Sequence record: NZ_CP090314.1
Length of the DNA stretch: 20,351 bases
Strand: one strand, 5' to 3'
DNA from: a plasmid
Numbering within the stretch: position 1 is the first letter of the stretch; each line of letters begins with the position of its first letter. This document shows positions 1-6,988 of this stretch, piece after piece. The translations under genes were made by a program, and so were the position numbers. The notes under the pieces were generated by a model. It saw only the letters and a program-made list of their open reading frames with translations. It was not told the origin of the DNA and searched no databases.

Positions 1-117
1 GCAACTTCTAAGCGATCTGAAAGTATTAAGATTCTGACCTGAAAACGTGGAGAGTGTAACATCTGTTAATGTTAGTGCGGTAACTAAAGTAGGCATATTT
101 CTCTGCGTTAATTTCAA
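1..117 (-). CDS. Partial hypothetical CDS (N-terminal part only). It probably starts at TTG 117 or ATG 96 and runs off the window start.
   Basis: An open frame on the minus strand runs from ~132 to position 1. GGAGGAG sits 6 nt upstream of a TTG. No recognisable domain. Confidence 0.2.
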   Translation of the reverse strand, partial: MKLTQRNMPTLVTALTLTDVTLSTFSGQNLNTFRSLRSC

Positions 118-199
118 CTTTGTCTCCTCCATTTTTTTGAAATACACTTTATTAAAATAGTCATATGTGTCGTAAATATGGAGAAGCCAGCATATATAA

Positions 200-229
200 A
201 AAAGAGTGCCATGTGACACTCTTTTTGAG
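200..229. terminator. Rho-independent terminator hairpin (agagtg...cactct followed by a T-run) after the cupin gene
   Basis: GC-containing inverted repeat flanked by an A-run and a T-run, immediately 3' of the minus-strand CDS ending at 230. Confidence 0.5.
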
Positions 230-526
230 CTATTTAATATCAACAACACCGACAAATTCAACATCATCAATTGCAGTTAAGTAAAAACTATCAGTTGGTC
301 CAAGTATTGCAAGTTGACCATTTTTGATTGTACATTCTTGATCTGGTGTGGTCAGTTTCACCGTCCCTTTTAAGGGAATGAGAACTATATTTCCAGGTAC
401 AGGGTGAAATTCTCCGTTGTTTGTCACTGTATTTTTCTTTAGTATACGATGACCAACCCGTCTTTGACCATTTTCGTAAAGGTGTTCATGGACCTCATCA
501 CCGCGACTACCAGTTAATATTTTCAT
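230..526 (-). CDS. Cupin-domain protein (98 aa)
   Basis: Small beta-barrel-like sequence (HP..G..VLIPLKG..K). Typical cupin size. Lies downstream of the copper ATPase. Confidence 0.55.
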   Translation of the reverse strand: MKILTGSRGDEVHEHLYENGQRRVGHRILKKNTVTNNGEFHPVPGNIVLIPLKGTVKLTTPDQECTIKNGQLAILGPTDSFYLTAIDDVEFVGVVDIK

Positions 527-544
527 ATAATATATACTCCCAAG

Positions 545-709
545 TTAATTGACTTTTTTACGTGGCTTTTCAGTATTATTGGAATTTTGTTGAGTGTTGT
601 TTCCACAGCAGCCCATACTACCAGAGCCACCGTGCATACCCTTGTGCATAAATAGCATCATGAGTGGGTGTGCTAGAAGAAAAAGGGCTATCAGAATCCA
701 TTGTGACAT
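545..709 (-). CDS. Small Met/His/Cys-rich membrane peptide, copy A. It has a 6-aa insert that includes CC.
   Basis: AAAGGAAGTGA RBS then ATG (MSQWILIALFLLAHPLMMLFMHKGMHGGSGSMGCCGNN...). One TM helix followed by an MH/GG-rich tail. Paralogue of 886-1032. Confidence 0.5.
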   Translation of the reverse strand: MSQWILIALFLLAHPLMMLFMHKGMHGGSGSMGCCGNNTQQNSNNTEKPRKKVN

Positions 710-758
710 AGTTTCACTTCCTTTTGCTTTGTTTCTATAATAAGTTTTTGTCATCACT

Positions 759-867
759 TGTTTGTCACTGTATTTTTCTTTAGTATACGATGACCAACCC
801 GTCTTTGACCATTTTTGTAAAGGTGTTCATGGACCTCATCACCGCGACTACCAGTTAATATTTTCAT
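759..867 (-). pseudogene. Duplicated 5' fragment (~36 codons) of the cupin gene, truncated at the repeat junction
   Basis: Identical to the first 36 codons of the 230-526 gene, including the ATG at 867 and the upstream RBS. Ends at the duplication boundary. Confidence 0.7.
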
Positions 868-885
868 ATAATATATACTCCCAAG

Positions 886-1032
886 TTAATTGACTTTTTT
901 ACGTGGCTTTTCAGTATTATTGGAATTTTGTTGAGTGTTGTTTCCAGAGCCACCGTGCATACCCTTGTGCATAAATAGCATCATGAGTGGGTGTGCTAGA
1001 AGACAAAGGGCTACCAGAATCCATTGTGACAT
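886..1032 (-). CDS. Small Met/His-rich membrane peptide, copy B (48 aa)
   Basis: AAAGGAGGTGA RBS then ATG. MSQWILVALCLLAHPLMMLFMHKGMHGGSGNN... Same architecture as copy A without the SMGCCG insert. Confidence 0.5.
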   Translation of the reverse strand: MSQWILVALCLLAHPLMMLFMHKGMHGGSGNNTQQNSNNTEKPRKKVN

Positions 1033-1084
1033 AGTTTCACCTCCTTTTGCTTTGTTTCTATAATAAGTTTTTGTCATCACTTAA

Positions 1085-3238
1085 TTACACGTTTTTAATC
1101 TTTTCACCAGTCAATCCCATCGCATTAATTGCCACGATAATTGTCGACATCGCCATGACCGCAGCACCAACGGCTGGGTCTAGAATGATTCCAATAAATG
1201 ACAACACACCGGCAGCGAGTGGAATTGCGACAACATTGTAGCCTGCTCCCCACCAGAGATTTTGAACCATTTTCCGATTTGTGATTTTAGCCAAATCAAG
1301 AAAATGTAAAATATCGCTGGGTTCTGATTTAACCAACACAACATCAGCGGAATCAATGGCAACATCGGTTCCGGCGCCAATTGCAATTCCAATATCGGCC
1401 GCGGCAAGACTTGGTGCGTCATTTACGCCGTCACCAACCATGATGACGTGATTGCCCTTTGCTTGATAATCAGCAATAATCTTTTGCTTATCATCTGGTA
1501 ATAGGCCTGCATGGAATTCAGTCAATCCTAGTAAGTTAGCAACGTGTTCCGCGGCTTTTGGATTATCGCCAGTGAGCATTACGGGGGTAATTCCTCGCCT
1601 CTGAAGACCACTAATTAATTCCTTAGCTCCCGCTTTGATGGTGTCGCCTTCGGCAACCATTCCTTGAACTTGGGTGCCCTGCAATAGGAAGCTAACGGAA
1701 TTACCCTTAGCAGCCCATTTATCAGCAGCGGCCTCGTCAAACCTGATCCCTTGCTTCGTTAAATAGTTACCATTAACAATCATATAGTCAGTGCCATCAA
1801 CATTACCGGAAATACCAACGCCCGGAATATTTTGAGACTTTTCAGCCGCAACGACCTCAATGTTCTTCGCTTGGGCTTCAGTAATGATTGCTTGGGCCAG
1901 CGGATGAGTCGAATTAATTTCAAGGGCGGCCAGTCGGCTTAATAACGTTGTTTCGTCAATCCCATCATTTGGAATCAATGCATTCACTGTAAATTTACCT
2001 TCTGTTAACGTGCCAGTTTTATCCAAGAGAACGTGGCTAACATGTTGACTTGCTTCAATGGCTTGGCGATTTCGAACTAATAGCCCATTTTGAGCGCCGA
2101 TAGTAGTAGAACGAGAAACCACTAATGGAATCGCTAATCCTAATGCATGCGGGCAAGCAATCACGAAGACGGTCACCATGATCGTCATTGCAGTCGCCAA
2201 TCCCTGGGGTAACCAGGCAAAGAAAGCAATAATCCCAACACCAAGTGCCGCGTAAAATAGATACTTTGCAACTAAATCAGCTTTATCTTCTGCTTTAGAT
2301 TTAGCTTGCTGGGCATTTTGAACCATTTTCATTACTTGAGAAAGATAGCTGGAGTCACCAGTACCACTAATTTTAACCGTTAGCGTCCCGTTATTGTTGG
2401 TTGTACCACCAATGACCTTATCGCCAACGTTCTTGGTAACGGCAGCAGATTCACCGGTTACCAGTGCTTCATTCACGGTCGACTCCCCAGCCGTAATAAC
2501 ACCATCGGCTGGAATACTCTCACCTGAACGCACTTGGAAAGCTTGACCAACTTTTAAATCAGATACTGGCACTTCTTTTGTTTCACCATTATCTGTAACT
2601 AGATGGGCCGTCTTAGGCAACAGGGCCGCCATCTTTTGTAAGGCATTCCCAGCCCCCATCAATGCATTCATTTCAATCCAGTGTCCTAGAAGCATAATTA
2701 AAATCAGGGTTGCAAGTTCGAACGAAAAATCCATTATATGATTTGTCGGGTTCAAGAAGTTGTTGGCAATAAATGCGTACAAACTGTAGAAATACGAAAC
2801 GGAAATTCCAAGGGTTACTAGCGTCATCATTTCAGGAGATTTATTCTGAATTTCCGCTTTAGCCCCCTTTAAAAATGGCATTCCGCCATAAAAGTAAAGT
2901 GCTGTATCAAACAAAACGATGATAATGCCAACAATTAGCGGTGAACTGAAACTAAGGATGGAAACGTTTAAACCCATGATTGGTGCTAACAGTAAAACTG
3001 GAATCGCTAAGACAACGGAGACCCAAAATTTAACTTTCAAATTCCCCATATGCATCATTGAGCCACCGTGCATCATCATGTCGGCCCCAGCCATATCCAT
3101 ATCACCGTGATTCATGTTCATTTGGCTGTGATCCGTTTCGGTCATATCGTGATCCATATGACTCATATTTGATTCATTATTTTCCATATTCTTAGCACTC
3201 ATGTTTTTCATGTTCATATGGCCCTCTTTATTTGCCAT
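1085..3238 (-). CDS. copB: Copper-translocating P1B-3-type ATPase (CopB-like), 717 aa
   Basis: DKTGTLT phosphorylation site, GDGVNDAP hinge and a CPH transmembrane metal motif. His/Met-rich N-terminus (MSHMDHDM...MMMHGGSMMHMG). GGGGG RBS before the ATG at 3238. The longer track ORF starting at 3382 has no RBS. Confidence 0.9.
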   Translation of the reverse strand: MANKEGHMNMKNMSAKNMENNESNMSHMDHDMTETDHSQMNMNHGDMDMAGADMMMHGGSMMHMGNLKVKFWVSVVLAIPVLLLAPIMGLNVSILSFSSPLIVGIIIVLFDTALYFYGGMPFLKGAKAEIQNKSPEMMTLVTLGISVSYFYSLYAFIANNFLNPTNHIMDFSFELATLILIMLLGHWIEMNALMGAGNALQKMAALLPKTAHLVTDNGETKEVPVSDLKVGQAFQVRSGESIPADGVITAGESTVNEALVTGESAAVTKNVGDKVIGGTTNNNGTLTVKISGTGDSSYLSQVMKMVQNAQQAKSKAEDKADLVAKYLFYAALGVGIIAFFAWLPQGLATAMTIMVTVFVIACPHALGLAIPLVVSRSTTIGAQNGLLVRNRQAIEASQHVSHVLLDKTGTLTEGKFTVNALIPNDGIDETTLLSRLAALEINSTHPLAQAIITEAQAKNIEVVAAEKSQNIPGVGISGNVDGTDYMIVNGNYLTKQGIRFDEAAADKWAAKGNSVSFLLQGTQVQGMVAEGDTIKAGAKELISGLQRRGITPVMLTGDNPKAAEHVANLLGLTEFHAGLLPDDKQKIIADYQAKGNHVIMVGDGVNDAPSLAAADIGIAIGAGTDVAIDSADVVLVKSEPSDILHFLDLAKITNRKMVQNLWWGAGYNVVAIPLAAGVLSFIGIILDPAVGAAVMAMSTIIVAINAMGLTGEKIKNV

Positions 3239-3488
3239 GATTATCGACCCCCTAAAAATAAGTGTGCGTAGCAAAGCGGTTAGAAGCCGGAATATAAGTT
3301 CCTTGTGTGGAAATTCCCGGGCTCGGGATTTTCCCACCAGATTCTTATATTTAGGCTTCTGCTTTGCGGAGCACCATGCCACTATATGAATGAGAATTAC
3401 GACAAAAGTTCATAAGTTTCCGCCATCAGGAATCCCAGATTCTGGATTTTTGTGCAGCAATCCTAAAAGTAAACAGAACACCACAGTC

Positions 3489-3920
3489 TTAACACGTTTG
3501 ATCACCTGGCAAGCAGTTACACTGAACTTCTTCGGGCGCTGTTTTGGCCTTTTCAGCTAGAATCGCCTGTAAGTTCGCAATATCCGCCCGTGAGAGTTCC
3601 CTTGACTGAATAACGCCGGCAATTGTTGAACCAGCCCGCATCGCACACATATGGTCAAACAAATCATCTGCCGCTGCCGCCATTGATTCCTTCTCGCCAA
3701 CAACCGGCTTATACGTGAATGGTCGACTGCCGCCATGCTGCGCAACCGCCTGTTTTTGAATCAACCTGTGAAGTAGCGTTTTGGTTGTTGAAGCTGACCA
3801 GCCTTCTAATTCGTTCATAGCATCGATTAGTTCACGACTAGTCGCATGTCCCATTGTCCAAATTGCTCTCATAACCATCCATTCAGAATCGGTGATGGTT
3901 ACATTCTTTGGATCCTTCAA
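3489..3920 (-). CDS. copY: CopY/CopR-type copper-responsive repressor (BlaI/MecI-like winged helix), TTG start
   Basis: N-terminus ITDSEWMVMRAIW matches the CopY helix. C-terminal CNCLPGDQTC metal-binding Cys cluster. GGAGGA RBS 5 nt before the TTG. Cop boxes lie upstream. Confidence 0.8.
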   Translation of the reverse strand: MKDPKNVTITDSEWMVMRAIWTMGHATSRELIDAMNELEGWSASTTKTLLHRLIQKQAVAQHGGSRPFTYKPVVGEKESMAAAADDLFDHMCAMRAGSTIAGVIQSRELSRADIANLQAILAEKAKTAPEEVQCNCLPGDQTC

Positions 3921-3939
3921 TTGGCTTCCTCCATTAATT

Positions 3940-3995
3940 GAATTATAAGTTTACATTTGTAGTCTCTTAATGCTTATTAGTTTACAACTGTAGTC
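3940..3995 (-). promoter_or_regulatory. copY promoter/operator with two cop boxes, TACATTTGTA (3952-3961) and TACAACTGTA (3983-3992)
   Basis: Two TACAnnTGTA palindromes 31 bp apart, with a TATAAT (rc of 3942-3947) between box 1 and the gene. This is the canonical CopY operator motif. Confidence 0.75.
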
Positions 3996-4180
3996 ACAAT
4001 AATGCAACCTTTCTGCCAGAAAATACCATGACACTAAAAAAACGCCTAGATAATATTCCAGACGTGGTTTGATACGATATATTAAATTACGTTAGTTGCT
4101 AGTTTGTAACATTCCCATGACTTCTAAATTATGGGTCAGCATAATTACTTTCTCTTCTTAAGGGAAGCACTTAAGTCAAT

Positions 4181-4531
4181 TCACCTGTCAAGTTGAGCAA
4201 GTATTTTTTTCAGATCATCATCTTTTATAAAGTAGTACACCATTTTCCCCTTTTTTTGACGGTCTAAAATGTCAGCATCATACAGCATTCTTAAGTGATG
4301 AGAAGCGGTTGCAATACTACAGCCTAAAATATATGCAATATCACAAACACATAACGATTCCTGAGCGATTAAAGAGAAAATGATTTTTAACTTTTTCTCA
4401 TCTGAGATTTTAGACAATACATAAAAGTATTTCTTAATACGTGATTTACCCAAGAATTCCGAGACCTTCATTACTTTATCTGTCTCAACCAATGTCTGAT
4501 CACAAGTAATGTCAGCACTTTTGCTTTTCAT
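4181..4531 (-). CDS. cadX: ArsR/SmtB-family metalloregulator, CadX-like
   Basis: ELCVCD metal site and SHHLR recognition helix. Size and order (downstream of cadD) match cadDX operons. Confidence 0.8.
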   Translation of the reverse strand: MKSKSADITCDQTLVETDKVMKVSEFLGKSRIKKYFYVLSKISDEKKLKIIFSLIAQESLCVCDIAYILGCSIATASHHLRMLYDADILDRQKKGKMVYYFIKDDDLKKILAQLDR

Positions 4532-4547
4532 AGAATCACTCTGCCTA

Positions 4548-5164
4548 TTATTTAATTAAATTAATGAAAAGTTGAATTGATCCATTTTCGATCAAAACGG
4601 AACCACCAATAAAGATATAAACGATTCCTATAAACCAACGACTATATTTTTCAAGAACTGTACCTACAGTTGGAATACTAACCGACTTCTGGGCAATAAA
4701 AACTAATAAGAAAATCATTATCAAAAACACGATTAAAGTTATTAATAACTTTGGTAGTGCCAAACTAATAAAGTAAGGTACAAATAATCCAACATTATCA
4801 GCACCACAGCTCACAATAGTAATGAAAATCAAGGTTTTAATCAAATTATTTTGATTTGTATCTTTCAATTTTTCATTAGCCATTTTTTCACCGTCTGAAT
4901 CTCCCAAAATTAAAGCCTTTATTCCCAAAAAGACAGGAATTATTCCTAGAAAACCTAATAATCGTTTATCAGGAACGTAATGTAAAATGACAGCAAAGAA
5001 CAAACTAACTAATATCAAAAGCCCAGACCCAAGAAATTGGCCTATATAAATATCTCTAACACCCTTTTTATCTTTAACTTTCGCAAAAAAAGCATCAGAA
5101 TTATTAATAAGTCAATAGCAGTACTCCAGTAAGTCACCACACCAGCAATAATTGTTCCTAACAT
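4548..5164 (-). pseudogene. cadD: CadD-family cadmium resistance transporter, interrupted by a -1 frameshift in the A7/T7 homopolymer at 5085-5091
   Basis: The ORF-track 156-aa piece (4548-5018) is the CadD C-terminal part. An upstream frame from ATG 5164 (GGAGG RBS) encodes MLGTIIAGVVTYWSTAIDLLIILMLFF. Adding one T restores ...LFFAKVKDKKGVRDIYIGQFLGSGLLILVSLFFAVILHY in one frame. Confidence 0.75.
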
Positions 5165-5176
5165 TTCTTATTTCCT

Positions 5177-5216
5177 CCAAAATAATATTCAAATATATAT
5201 TTGAATATTATTTTGG
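5177..5216. promoter_or_regulatory. Perfect 40-bp palindrome (ccaaaataatattcaaatatat|atttgaatattattttgg) overlapping the cadD RBS and promoter. Putative CadX operator.
   Basis: Exact reverse-complement symmetry over 40 bp, extendable to ~50 bp with one mismatch. Lies immediately 5' of the cadD start. Confidence 0.55.
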
Positions 5217-5563
5217 AGTACTCAGATTGAAACATCAAGACACCTTGAGAATTTTCTTTAATAAATAGTCAAAAGCCAAATTTTATTTGTAGGTGTCCAG
5301 TAATACCACCACAAGCTAAAAGTATTCACTGGCCATTACCTGATCCGGCACAAGCAAAAGGCACACATGAACAAAAAATGTTTGTGTTTCGACAAACGCG
5401 CGATGAAACTAAAAAAACGTATTGTCCAATTAGTTTAGGGGCTATTTTTAATAAATAACCCCTTAAAAACACTATTATATCAAGCCCTTGTATTCTATAA
5501 TTAGAATATAGGGGCTATTTTTTATATTTTAACTATTATTACCCCTAAAAGGAGACGCTTATA

Positions 5564-5923
5564 ATGTTCGATTACACCACCGCAACCCGTGATCAGAAAG
5601 AAGAATTTTTGCAAGACAAAATCCTAATATGCTTACAAGCTACTAAACAACCAATGACGAATGCTCAGATTCGAGAATATCTGCTTAAGCATGTTGATGA
5701 GTTGCCAGCAAACGTAACTAAGCTAACCACTTCCAAAAAAGGCTCTGTATACTCTGATTTCCAGATCCGTGTAAATATGTCCATTACATCCTTGTACAAG
5801 GGCGGTCTGGTTGATCATCCAAAGCGAGGAGTAACCGAATTGACTCAACTCGGAAAAAGCATCAATCTTAATACTGGTCGTAAACATATGCATAAACTAA
5901 TTGTTGAGGGGTGGCAAAAATGA
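5564..5923 (+). CDS. Mrr_N-like winged-helix DNA-binding protein (119 aa)
   Basis: C-terminal segment TSKKGSVYSDFQIRVNMSITSLYKGGLVDHPKRGVTELTQLG resembles the Mrr N-terminal wH domain (..SGQLVYKNRAGWA...KRAGL..S..RGKW.LT..G). AAAGGAG RBS. Confidence 0.5.
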   Translation: MFDYTTATRDQKEEFLQDKILICLQATKQPMTNAQIREYLLKHVDELPANVTKLTTSKKGSVYSDFQIRVNMSITSLYKGGLVDHPKRGVTELTQLGKSINLNTGRKHMHKLIVEGWQK

Positions 5924-6507
5924 AACAACTCGTCCTACCCATCAAAGACAGCAACATTCTCCATGAAGTTCAAGACACGCTACTCAATAATTTCCGATAC
6001 GGTCGCCGTAACTATACTATCTTCCAAGTTGGCAAGGCAACCTTGCTCCGAGTGAGCGATGTGTTAGCTCTCAGACGAAATGAAATCTTTAATGATGATG
6101 GAACTATAAAGAAGAATGCTTATATTCGCGATAAAAAGACTGATAAACCCAACACACTGTACTTAAAGCCAGTAAATCAGGACTTAATTGATTACCTTCA
6201 GTGGTTAAATGAAAATAAGATTCAATCTGATTGGCTTTTCCCTTCCATTAAGCACCCTGACCGACACATTACCGAGAAGCAATTTTACAAGATCATGGCC
6301 AAAACAGGTGACCTACTTGGCATCAATTATCTAGGTACTCACACCATGAGAAAAACTGGCGCCTACCGTGTCTACACACAGACCAATTACAATATTGGCT
6401 TAGTGATGAGTTTGCTGAATCATTCCAGCGAAGCAATGACACTGAAATATTTGGGGCTTGATCAAGTTAGTCGAGAACAAATGCTAGATAAAGTGAGTTT
6501 CGACTAG
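5920..6507 (+). CDS. Minimal tyrosine site-specific recombinase (~195 aa), catalytic domain only
   Basis: Candidate R..K..HxxR..H..Y set: LRVSDV, DKKTDK, GTHTMRKTGAYRVY, LLNHSS, LKYLGLD. The ATG overlaps the upstream TGA (ATGA) with a GAGGGGTGG RBS. The GTG at 5911 is the alternative start. Confidence 0.75.
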   Translation: MKQLVLPIKDSNILHEVQDTLLNNFRYGRRNYTIFQVGKATLLRVSDVLALRRNEIFNDDGTIKKNAYIRDKKTDKPNTLYLKPVNQDLIDYLQWLNENKIQSDWLFPSIKHPDRHITEKQFYKIMAKTGDLLGINYLGTHTMRKTGAYRVYTQTNYNIGLVMSLLNHSSEAMTLKYLGLDQVSREQMLDKVSFD

Positions 6508-6533
6508 TGATATCCTTAAATTCTCACAATAGC

Positions 6534-6580
6534 AAAAAAGGCAACATTATCTAGCAATTAGAGATAATGTTGCCTTTTTA
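6534..6580. terminator. Bidirectional rho-independent terminator (ggcaacattatc ... gataatgttgcc + T5)
   Basis: 12-bp perfect stem flanked by an A-run and a T-run. Confidence 0.7.
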
Positions 6581-6630
6581 ACACAAACAATTCTAAAAAA
6601 GAGAAAGGAGTAATGACCAACCTGATTAGT

Positions 6631-6673
6631 TTCTAAGGAAAAAATTATTCTTAGAAAAATTTTTTCCTTAGAA
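6631..6673. promoter_or_regulatory. Inverted repeat with three TTCTAAG/CTTAGAA half-sites, upstream of the 6725 gene
   Basis: 16-bp perfect arms (ttctaaggaaaaaatt / aattttttccttagaa) with a third half-site in the centre. A mini-ORF MTNLISF* (6613-6636) with a strong RBS runs into it. Confidence 0.4.
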
Positions 6674-6724
6674 ACTAAATAGGCAATACTGCCAAAAATA
6701 CTAATATAGAAAGGAGTCCAACCA

Positions 6725-6988
6725 ATGGACTTTAATGACAACAATTTTTTAAACGAGATTAACCCCCTTGATCTTAACTCATCAATTCCTGCAACAAGAG
6801 ACCTTAAGGACTCAATTCATGCCTTGGCAATGTTAAATGGATGCACGATGCAAGAATATTTAGAACAACTCACCTCAACAGAAATTCATCACTATGATAT
6901 CCAGAAATTGTCCGATTACCGTAAACTCAAGTTTTATTTCGATGCGCGCTATCTTAAAAAGTATAATCTAAAATCGAGTAGGAGATAA
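6725..6988 (+). CDS. Hypothetical 87-aa protein (possible small DNA-binding/relaxosome accessory protein)
   Basis: AAAGGAG RBS. No confident domain. The C-terminal codons overlap the predicted 3' end of the antisense group II intron. Confidence 0.4.
   Translation: MDFNDNNFLNEINPLDLNSSIPATRDLKDSIHALAMLNGCTMQEYLEQLTSTEIHHYDIQKLSDYRKLKFYFDARYLKKYNLKSSRR

Larger units (their letters stand above)
417..1080. repeat. Tandem direct duplication, unit ~341 bp (417-757 and 758-1080). The second copy lacks 18 bp.
   Basis: Near-identical sequence at a 341-bp offset. Each unit holds the cupin 5' end and a small-peptide gene. The junction is at ttgtttgtcactg. Confidence 0.9.

Noticed and set aside
545-1080. 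Longer versions of the small peptide ORFs starting MMTKTYYRNKAKG (70 and 64 aa)
   Set aside because: An internal ATG (709 and 1032) is preceded by a canonical AAAGGA(G/A)GTGA RBS. The upstream extension lacks one and overlaps the repeat junction.
3239-3382. N-terminal 48-codon extension of the copB ORF in the track (MAWCSAKQKPK...)
   Set aside because: No RBS. The sequence is unrelated to P-type ATPases. An internal ATG at 3238 has a strong GGGGG RBS and begins the His/Met-rich metal-binding tail.
3239-3488. copZ chaperone gene between copY and copB
   Set aside because: No ORF with an MxCxxC motif in any frame.
1047-3745. Antisense or overlapping ORFs 1047-1241(+), 1180-1422(-), 2919-3110(+), 3201-3389(+), 3557-3745(-)
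   Set aside because: All lie inside or opposite the well-supported copB and copY genes. No RBS, low-complexity translations.
5358-5425. 22-codon ORF MNKKCLCFDKRAMKLKKRIVQLV
   Set aside because: No RBS. Sits among hairpin repeats (aggggctatttt...cccct) that look like terminators or UTR structure.
6547-6744. 65-aa minus-strand ORF
   Set aside because: Spans a bidirectional terminator and the palindromic operator. No RBS. Hydrophobic junk translation.
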